From Pelomyxa schiedti (lineage: Eukaryota > Protista > Evosea), in NCBI GenBank assembly GCA_020536535.1, contig JAHLWZ010000973.1, forward strand, positions 1 to 35,143: 35,143 nucleotides of DNA, given 5' to 3'. Shown here piece by piece: positions 24,078-33,390 of this stretch (the stretch's first letter is position 1; each line of letters opens with the position of its first letter). Under the pieces are notes generated by a model. The model searched no databases, had not been told where the DNA came from, and saw nothing but the letters and a program-made list of their open reading frames with translations. The position numbers and the translations under genes were made by a program.

Positions 24078-25729
24078 ATGTACCCAGCTGCATTCAGCGG
24101 TGACATCGAGGAAGTAAGGCGCCTGATGTCGCAGATGCCGCCGCACATGTACGACACGCCGCTCGAGGAGACCAACACGACGCCGCTGTTCATAGCCTCG
24201 CAGGAGGGCCACGTCGGGGTGGTGTCCCTGCTCCTGTCGGCCAGAGGCCACGTGGACCCCAACCGCGCCACGTCGGACGGCGTGACGCCGCTCTACGTCG
24301 CCAGCCAGAACGGGTACCACGAGGTCGTGCGCTCGCTGCTGGTGGACGGCGGCGCGGACGCGGACAGCGGGCTGCCGTCGGACGGGATCACGCCGCTGTG
24401 GATCGCCAGCCAGAACGGCCACGAGCGCGTCGTGCAGGCGCTGCTGCGCCACGGCCGCGCGGACGTCGACAAGGCGCGGGCCGTCGGCGGCGACACGCCG
24501 CTGTACATCGCGAGCTGCAACGGCCACGAGCCGGTCGTGCGCACGCTGCTCGAGGTCGGCGGCGACGACGCGGACAAGGTGACGTCGGACATCAGCGCGA
24601 CGCCGCTGTTCATCGCCAGCCAGAACGGCCACGAGGACGTCGTGCGCACGCTGCTGACGGTGGGCCGCGCCGACCCCAACAAGGCGCGCGACAACGGCGC
24701 GACGCCGCTCTACATCGCCAGCGAGATGGGCAACGAGGCCGTGGTCGACGTCCTGCTCGGCGTCGGCGGCGCCGACCCGCGCAAGGCCCTCACCGCCGGC
24801 GACGTCACGCCGCTGTTCGTCGCGTGCCAGGAGGGCCACGAGGGCGTCGTCAAGGCGCTGCTGCAGGCCGGCCGCGCCAACCCCAACAAGGCGTGCACCG
24901 ACGACGGCACGACGCCCATCTTCGCCGCGAGCAGGCGGGGCCACAGCTCCATTGTGGAAATGCTGCTGACTCTAGGCCGCGTGGACCCGAACAAGCCGTG
25001 CACCAACGACGGCGCGACGCCGCTGTACGTCGCCAGCCTCGCGGGGCACAAGCGGGTGGTCAAGACCCTGCTCAGGGTCGGGAGGGTCAACCCGGACAAC
25101 CCGCACCCGATCGACGGGACCCCGCTGTTCATTGCTAGCACGAGGGGGCACAGGGACATTGTGAAGACCCTGCTGACTGTCGGGCGCGCGAACCCGAACA
25201 AGGCGCGGACGGACGACGGGGCGACGCCATTGTTCATTGCGAGCCAGAACGGCCATGAGAGCGTTGTTCGCACGCTGCTGATGAAAGGACATGCGAATCC
25301 CAACCAAGCGAGAACAGACAACTCGGCGACTCCAATTGTCATTGCTGTTGAGAAATCCCATTTTTCTATTGCTCGACTTTTACTTGCTGGTGGGGCAAAC
25401 GTTCCTCCAGAATGGAAGGAGTTTATGGAAAACAAGATTGGGGGTGCACAAAATCTGAAGAGACTCTGTAGAGTAGGTGTGTTTGACTTTTTTTTTTTTT
25501 AATCCTCTTTATCCCTTCTGAACTATTTCAGCCCACTATCAGAGAGCGAAAGCGATTATATCTTTGGTATGAATCTTTCCTTTGTAACAAAACCATTTTG
25601 ATGAACATGTAGGTTGTTGAGTGCAAGAGGCCGACTGCAGTGGCGGTTTTCCATCAAATCCCTCTTCAACTTCTACAGTACATTATTGAATTGGCATGGA
25701 ATTTCCTTCTTCCTGCAACATTGATGTAA
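24078..25729 (+). CDS. Ankyrin-repeat protein (about 12 repeats, about 35-aa period) with SOCS/F-box-like C-terminal tail
   Basis: Repeated TPL(F/Y)IASQNGH..VV..LL..G.A.PN. Introns at 25477-25531 and 25567-25612 give the tail NLKRLCRVAHYQRAKAIISLVVECKRPTAVAVFHQIPLQLLQYIIELAW. Confidence 0.9.
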
Positions 25730-25832
25730 AATAGTCTAACAATGTACATACTATTTTCCTCCTCCTTTCACTTTTGGCAACAGGCAAAAAAACCCGCTAG
25801 TTCGCGGATTCCCATCATTCCTCGATTGCCTG

Positions 25833-27949
25833 ATGAGTGATACAGACCAGGAACGAGCGGCTTCACTGTCGCACCTGATGAGGGTGTCTCGTGTTGCGTG
25901 GGACTACATTGTGGTACCCGCCATCGTCGAGCCCCGGAGGCTCCGCGGCCGGCGCCCCAGCGTCGACGAGTGCGCGTGGGCGATGGGGCTCGCGGAGGCG
26001 CTGTTCCCGCTGGTGCCCAGGGCCTGCCGCCTGGTCATGGCCGCGACCGTGAGCCTCGACGGCGGGCTGAAGGCCCTGCAGTCCTCGCGCTACTTTGCGC
26101 TGATGTGCAGCGGGGTGGCTGGGAGCCCCAGGTGCATGGAGTGGATCGTGAGGGGGAAGCCCACGAGGAACAACGCTAGGGAATGCGTCACTTTGCTCAA
26201 GGGACTGTGTGCCGGTTGACTTCTATATACATATGTATATATATGTGAAGATCTAAATGTACATCTGATGTTGTACTTATAGTAAATGACAGGGGGGCAC
26301 GTTGGGATGGCACAAGAGCTTGTTGACAACAGCTCTTCTGAGTGGAAGAGAGGTTCCTTCCAGTGGCCTGCAAATGACCCAGATGTTCTGGACTCCTTGA
26401 ATGACCAAAAAGGAAAGATGCCCAGCTTATTGCATGGGACGTGCAACAGAGGAAACCTTGATGCAGTCAAGTGGGTGATATCCACGTTTGGTGCTGCTTT
26501 GAGCAAATCGGGATGGGACCTGGTCCAGCCATTCCAAATTGCTGTACAACAGGGGCATGTTGATGTGGTGAAGTGGCTGGGATCCTCCACTGGGGCTGTG
26601 GCTGCTTGCCTGGCAGAGTTTAAAAATTCCGAGCTAGGTTTTGGAGTTAATTACTTCAGTGCCAGTCCCAGCCTGGAAGTAATGAAGTGTTGCACTGAGT
26701 GGTTTAGAGTCTCACAAGATAGTGCCTCCATATTCCTTGACTTGTTTTTTGTGTTTCGTTCAACAACAGGCAAGAATACTGATGACTTCGAAGCAAGTTG
26801 CCAGTGGATCAAGGATACGTTATCTATTGAAATGGCACCAAGCTTGTATAATATCACAAGCACTGAGGCTCTGAGATGGGTCATCTCCAACTTTCCAAGT
26901 GAACCACCAACATCTAATACACTGACACGCGCATGCTGCACAATTGCAGATGTGGAACTTGTTGAGTGGTTGCTCGCAAATTACCCCAGCGTTGGTCCCA
27001 TCACACCTGAGACTTTCGTTAAGACTTGTGAAAACAGGAAGGACAGTGTGTTGGTGCTGAAGTTCCTGTTGCAAACAACACCCCCAGGCTTTCTTACTCC
27101 TGAAAATCACAAGCAGTGTCTTGAGCACGCACTTTCTTTCAACAATGTAACCATTGCGGAGTGGCTGGAACGCACATTCCACGTGATGGATTATGTGAAT
27201 TCAATACCCAGTCTGGTTGACTCCTGTTTTCGTTTCATTTGTGCAGAAAACAATTCTGGTGTTGGAGGAATTGAATGGTTCCTTTCCCACCTCACTATTC
27301 ACAGCATCAATGAAAAATCAGTTCACAAAGCTGTTGGCAATTGCTTTACTCAATTCAAAGCACAAAAGGCATTGTTCCTGTTGAAGGCATTTAATATTCC
27401 AATTTGCCCTAAGAACAAAGGGGCTGCTCTTAACTGGATTGTATCACATGCCACACTCTCAGAAGCCAAGCATCTTGTTTCACTTGGAGAATTCTCCTCC
27501 CAAGATATTATGGAAGGTCTGCGACTCTTCCGGTTTTGCCATTCTGGAAAAGTTGTCAAGTGGCTCATTCAGCAGTTTAACCTAGACAGGCAAGCTAGGG
27601 CATTGTTGCTCTGCTTGGTCAGGAGCAACAAACGGAACTCTGCCAAGTGGCTTATCAGCAAGTTCCATGTAACTTTGGAAGAGGTTTTCTTCTCTGGGTT
27701 GGGATACAATCTAACGTGTGTTCCTCCTAATCACAGTGTGTTGCCATGACTTCTACAGCCTGTGCAAGTGAAGTCGCTACCTGGAAGATGCTCCTCGATG
27801 TGTATCCAGAAATCACAGATTCATTTGCAAAGGACCACTTAAGAGAGTGGGTGGTGGCCTCTCCACATCACTTAAAAGTGACAATGAAGAAACTGGGACT
27901 CAAGAGAGATGACATTCTTGTTACCAAGTGGTGGGGAAGCTATGAATGA
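25833..27949 (+). CDS. Lineage-expanded family protein with degenerate ankyrin-like helical repeats
   Basis: SHLMRVSRVAWDYIV N-terminus, followed by repeated GLCAGGHVGMAQ, TCNRGNLDAVKW, AVQQGHVDVVKWL and (V/A)EWL motifs. Two introns join ORFs 25833, 26286 and 27746. Confidence 0.75.
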
Positions 27950-28046
27950 GCGTGTACTTTCGTAAATTTAATTTAATTCGTGGATCTGCCTGCTGCGAAA
28001 AAATCGATTTTCGTTCCGCTTTTACAAGTCGCCGTTCTTTCCTTTG

Positions 28047-30333
28047 ATGCAGCAGGCTTTGGACAGTGCCGGCGATGGCGCTGTAAACGACCAAATCATG
28101 CACGATAGGTTGGTTGCAGTTATGGGACCGGCGGACCAGGTTGGGAGCCTAACTCTACGTCGGGATTCGCCCGTCGCTCGTTCCCCGTCGTCGTTCAGGG
28201 CTACTCTTTCCCTTTTGGTCCAAAACGGTGTGCCTCCGTGGTCTTTTGTTCCTTGCATGATTTTTTTTTTTTTTCTCAATTAAACAAAAAAGGGCTGCTG
28301 GAAAAACAGTTTGTGGAGAGTGTTTTACACACACTGTGTCGTTTTGGAGATGTTGAAGGAGTATCTTCACTTCTGGAGGCACATCCAAAGCCTGCAACTG
28401 TGATAGATTGCGTGGATTCTGGTGTTGCAGGAAATACTCCACTGATGGCTGCAGCACTCCGTTCTCACTTTCCTTTGATCGAACTGTTGATACAAAGAGG
28501 AGCAAATGTGAACGCTACTAATTCGCAATTGAGCACAGCCCTTCACAAGGTTGTTTCTCGCCCTGGCCCAGGCGATGCAACACAGTGTGTGAAGTTCCTT
28601 TTGGGCCATGGTGCTCTGGTTCACGTGCAAGATAAATTTGGTGACACCATTTTACACAAGGTTTCCTTTCAAGAGTATAAAGTAATCACTCACTTCAGCT
28701 CCAGGCAATTCGCCAACGCAACCATGAGTGCATTTCTGTTTTGCTTTCCCATCTTCAAAGCAACACCACTCTCTTAGAATCCATCCTTAACACAAAAAAT
28801 AAGCAAGGGAACTCACCCATTCATGAGGCAGCCATGATTGCTCTGTGTAGGAATGCACCAAATCCCAGTACGGAACTGGGCCTGTTACTGAGTCATATCA
28901 GCGATCCCACACCACTTCATCTACCTGATAGTAATGGAAATACTGCTCTTCACCTTGCTTGCATGGCACAGTCTTCTTTTGCTACGCCTTCACCAAGTTC
29001 TACTACAACTGAAGATAGTTGTGCATCCTTGTTACTGAAATGTGGGTCAAATCCAAATGTTGTGAACAACAACGGTGATTGCCCAATACATGCCCCTACG
29101 TGCACACCAAGTGATGCGGCTCTGCTTTTGAAGTACGGTGCTGCAATCGATGCACGAAACAAAAACGGGAAAACTGCATTGCACATTTCAATTGAATCGG
29201 GCTTCACAGCAAAGTCAGTCTTCCTTGTTGAGTGAGTTCTTTGGCTATTGTTTGTTGGTTTCATTTCGAATAGAAATAACGCTTCCCTGGATGGAGTTAT
29301 GACCTATCGTGACAAATCTGGAAATACCCTGTTGCATCAACTTGCTACAAATAGTGAATATTCTCCGGCACTCGGGAAAGTTGTTAGCCAGTTACTAAAA
29401 GGTGGGGAAGTGTGGTATCTTCCCATTACAATTGCTTATTTGAGCTCACCCTTTTGTTTAAAGTGCATATCCCATGGGATCAGGAAGTTAACAATGCTGG
29501 ATGTTCTCCCCTCCACTTGGCGTGTGAGTCCAATTCTCTTGCGTCCATTGATATTCTCCTTGGGGATCCATCGAATATGTACTACCAAAGTTATCAAGAT
29601 TGCAGAGTTTGACACTTTTTTTCAGTATTGCGATGACGTCTGTATGCAATTCCATGGGCCTTACCCCGCTTGACCAGGCTATATACTCTGGTTCAGTTAA
29701 TGCAGTTGTCTCTCTTCTGCAAAAGGTATGAAGGAGAGGAAAAGTGATCCCAAATACCCTTGATACCACAAAAAGAACGCCACGTTCAACAAGGAACTGT
29801 TGCTTTCCTTTAAAGACTCTAGTGGGCGCACTATGTTACACAAGTAAATATTTCAACTTTGGATTTCCTAACAATGTCATACAGAGCAGTGGAGCTAGCT
29901 GCCCCTCAATGCATAAGAATGCTCGTTGAATGTGGATGCGACGTCAATGGCCCGAGTGACAACCAGGGCCCATTTTCCGACTGGGGCACACCTCTACATT
30001 TTGGTACTCAACCATGCCCTCTCCTCTCGATTAATCGCTCCATCAATCAATCACTTGGACCAACCAAAACTGTATTTTACAGCGGCACGGCTTGATAGCC
30101 CCCAATGTGCCACAGAGCTGCTTCGCTGTGGTGCCAATGCGAACAGCACAGCCAGCCTCGGTGGCAACACCCCCGTGCACCTTGCTTGTTACTGTGGTGC
30201 GGCTTCATGCCTCTCTGTGCTGCTGTTGCCGGAGCACCATGCTGACATTAACCTTACGAATTCCGATGGAGAAACACCCATGGATTGTGCCGCCAAGCAC
30301 CAAGACTGCATTGACTTGCTTCAGAATCACTAA
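28047..30333 (+). CDS. Multi-exon ankyrin-repeat protein
   Basis: GNTPLMAAA, STALHK, GDTILHK, GNSPIHEAA, GNTALHLAC, GKTALH, GCSPLHLAC, GTPLHF, GNTPVHLAC and GETPMD across successive exons. Confidence 0.88.
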
Positions 30334-30391
30334 TTAATTCACGATCCGCGAACACAAGGGGAAAAAACCAACTAAAAAAAACCCAAGGGCC

Positions 30392-30685
30392 ATGTCGTCA
30401 CATGTTTTTGCACGTTTTGTGAGCGACAAGGAGTTGAAGTCCGTGCCGATTGATTTCGGGACAGACACCTACGCCACATTCGCAGCGCGAATACGCGAGG
30501 TGCTCGGAATCGGGGCCGACGTGGAGCCGAGTCGCGTGGTGATGGTGTGGGCGGGAAGCAGGCTTGGCGAAGGAAGCGAGAGACTGGGCGTGATGGTGCG
30601 ACCAGACACGAGATTGGTTGACATCTCCCCTGGAGTGAGGGATGGCTACCCTCCCGTCATGGTGTTCATAAAGCCCAAACCATAG
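30392..30685 (+). CDS. Small ubiquitin-like (beta-grasp) domain protein
   Basis: 97-aa single-exon ORF with the pattern beta-beta, T(Y)ATFAARIREVLG helix, RVVMVWAGSRL (cf. RLIFAGKQL) and DTRLVD. No C-terminal GG. Confidence 0.55.
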   Translation: MSSHVFARFVSDKELKSVPIDFGTDTYATFAARIREVLGIGADVEPSRVVMVWAGSRLGEGSERLGVMVRPDTRLVDISPGVRDGYPPVMVFIKPKP

Positions 30686-30798
30686 AGACGAGCAGAAAAC
30701 TTCAAACGTTGGTTGTTGGTTCCAACGTGTTTCATAGGATTTTTGATGTACCAACTTATTTTTCAACAAAGGGAAGGATTTTGATTAGTTTTTTGAAT

Positions 30799-31013
30799 GT
30801 GGGGCTGACCACACGAGGCGGCAGTGCAGTGCCTGGGCAATCAGGAGGGTCCCAACCATAGCGACAGAGCAAGCCCCACCACCAGGCCGACACCCCCAGC
30901 GACCCCACGAAAAATAAGTTTAATATCGATGCTACCCAATGGGCAGCTTTCAGATATTAAGCTGAAAAGAACAGATACTACACTTGATCTTAGCCAAAAG
31001 GCCGAGAAGGTAT
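30799..31013 (-). ncRNA. U2: U2 spliceosomal snRNA
   Basis: Minus strand reads ATACCTTCTCGGCCTTTTGGCTAAGATCAAGTGTAGTATCTGTTCTTTTCAGCTTAATATCTGAAAG, the conserved U2 5' region with branch-recognition GUAGUA. It is followed by an Sm-like AUUUUUC, stem III capped by GGGCUUGCUC, and stem IV loop ACUGCAC. The 3' end is approximate. Confidence 0.97.
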
Positions 31014-31067
31014 GAATTTGGACAACTACCTGCCCTCGGAAATACACTGGCAGTCCTTCCAGGGCAA

Positions 31068-31075
31068 TTATGGGC
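31068..31075 (-). promoter_or_regulatory. DUSE-like snRNA upstream sequence element (GCCCATAA)
   Basis: GCCCATAA lies at -62..-55 from the U2 5' end. The Dictyostelium DUSE is WCCCAYAA at about -60. Confidence 0.65.
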
Positions 31076-31153
31076 TGAATCCTTGCTGTTGGTGATCAAA
31101 GGCTGGTTAGCGGAACAGGCCAGTGATCTTTCGAAACCTAATTAACTGTTGGG

Positions 31154-33301
31154 ATGGCACAGACCACGCTACCGCGACGTGAGCTTCCACTGTATTATCC
31201 GCCGTGCGCATTTACTGCGCATTGGAACAACTTCAAGACCGCTTTGGAGAGTTCTCCCCTGTCAAACTTCGGACAGTACGGAGTGTTTTTCCTTCAGTAC
31301 ATTTTTTAAAACATGTGAACAGCCTTCGTTCCATTATCAACCAAATGCATGAGTGGACGAATGCCAATGCGCCGCCAATGACAGCCGCGCAGTTTCAGAG
31401 GCTCTCTGGACTCGAGGGTCTCAGAAGCGCAATTGACTGGATGGACTCGCACCAGGGGTCGTGGTGGGACCCCAATTTCATTCCCGCCACCACCACCCCT
31501 GACACCCCCCCTTCCACACCAACCGGCGAAAATTCCACGCCCACTCCACCTCCGCCGCCACCGCCTCCACCACAACCAGGAGAAAAAAAGGCCTCGGCCG
31601 GTAGAAAAAGGCACCCTGTGACGCACGAGTGCCCAGACTGGTGGACCCAAGTTTTGCCACGAATTCGCAGTTTGGCGTTGCGTTTGCCTGAGGTGTGGCC
31701 TCATTCATGCTCCTCTGCAACAGCTTCCAGTAATTCGGCCACTGCGAATACTACTACTCCTACTTCTGCTGTTGCTAGCACATCCGAGACTCCCGCAATG
31801 GCTTCGGTCGAATCAACGGGCTCGGCAAATACGAAGATTCATGTTGCAACTGAGTATGGAGTGCGTGTACTCCAGGCCGGCTCCAACTGCAACATTGTAT
31901 TGTCCTCTGCTGCTTGTTTATCTCTTCTGGCGACTTCATTTTTCTGTAATATCATTGACTACACAAATCAAGTCTGCCAAGCTAATTCAATAACTACTTC
32001 TCTAATCAAATATTCAGCAAGCCTTTATCTCAAACTGGACTTGTCGGTCAGAACTTCAGGTTTCAGAATGGGGTAACCTTGATTGGTTTGCTCTCTTTGG
32101 TTCAAGAGTAGATACTGGGATCGAGCGAATTAAATGTTTTCTCGCACTTTTTTACCTGGCCACAGCTTTCCCTGACGAATTTGATGCAGGTTCTTTTCTT
32201 TTTTGAATTGAGCCATTTACCAAATCCCTGCCCAGGCGATGTCACTTTTTACCGTAGCTGTGTAGCGCAGGATCACCTCCCATCCTGGAGTACATCCACC
32301 ACTCCACTGAGTTTTGACATTCAGCTACACACCAATCGCATGGAGATCGCCGGTGCCGGAATGTTTGTTGACTTTGCAAACAAAGATTTGCATATTGGGT
32401 GTATAATACCTTCTGCAACACAAGTTTGTTTCCTCTTATCATTTGGAGCTGAAGGAAATTACCTCATTGCACCCTACCTTTTTAGGAAGAAGTACTATTT
32501 TCTGTTAGGCCTTATCTTTTTGTTGGCCTTCTATTTTCTCAAACAATGGAAGATAATGAAGCAATAATAATCACTGGATGCAAACAAGTTATCAAATACA
32601 CTGGATACTTATACAGTTTTCAAATGGCAGGTACACACTGCACTATCATATTTACTTGTAATAATTTTGTACAAACAAGGTGTATTTTCTCCCACCTCAA
32701 GAAAGTTCAAAGCAGAGCCACCTCATATTATCGCTATTGATGCCGTTACATCGGGGCAATTTGACGATGATCTCCTTATTCGGGATCTCAATAAGGCCTA
32801 CATTGGTTTCTCAGGTATACCTGGATCTACTCCTCCGGCCCAAACTATAACTACTGGAGGCTGGGGCTGTGGTGCTTTTGTATGTTTTCCTCTTTTGTAC
32901 CAAACTATCCTTAACACACACCAGGGAGGCAACGTATTCCTTAAATTCCTGCAGCAGGTTGCTTTCTTTCCTTCCCTTTCAGCCTGGCTCTAACCCATTG
33001 TCAGTGGATGGCAATATCAGAAGCACACAAAGTAATGCTGTTCTCCACTTTTGGAAAAACACTGGAACACAGAGAGCTCAGTGAAATCGTGAAGCTTGCC
33101 AAAGAGGCTGGTTACCGAGTATGTGACATCCACAGAATTATCAGCGAGTTCGGTTCCTCCAAGAGAGCAGATAAATTCCAAAAGTTCTTGCTCAGCAGAA
33201 TGACACCTCTCCCTCCACCGCCAACACAACCAAATGCAATTGCAACAACAGACACTACCAGCCCCGACACAACAAAACCTCCCACAAATAGTTCAGAGTG
33301 A
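31154..33301 (+). CDS. PARG: Poly(ADP-ribose) glycohydrolase, variant catalytic loop
   Basis: CLSLLATSFFC, FVDFANK..TQ|EEVLF..P, MEDNEAIIITG, YTGY (Tyr clasp), IIAIDA, RDLNKAYIGF, TGGWGCGAF|GG, KFLQQ|WMA. Confidence 0.9.
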
Positions 33302-33390
33302 AGTGTCCAGCACTTTTTCTGGCCTCTTGATTTTTTTCAAAAAAAAAATTCGACGCTCACTTTTGCCGAAACGCCAACGGTCGAATTGCG

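Noticed and set aside
24170-25350. About 105-bp periodic DNA repeats as a CRISPR-like or satellite array
   Set aside because: They are degenerate coding ankyrin repeats with no identical repeat/unique spacer structure, in a eukaryotic context.
23940-25435. Long antisense and alternative-frame ORFs (334, 246, 241 aa) over the ankyrin gene
   Set aside because: They are shadow ORFs produced by high GC3 and repeat periodicity.
30797-31015. ATG-TGG-GGC-TGA followed by the open frame 30824-31015, as a possible selenoprotein or PARG first exon
   Set aside because: The region is the antisense of U2 snRNA, and PARG has its own plausible start at 31154.
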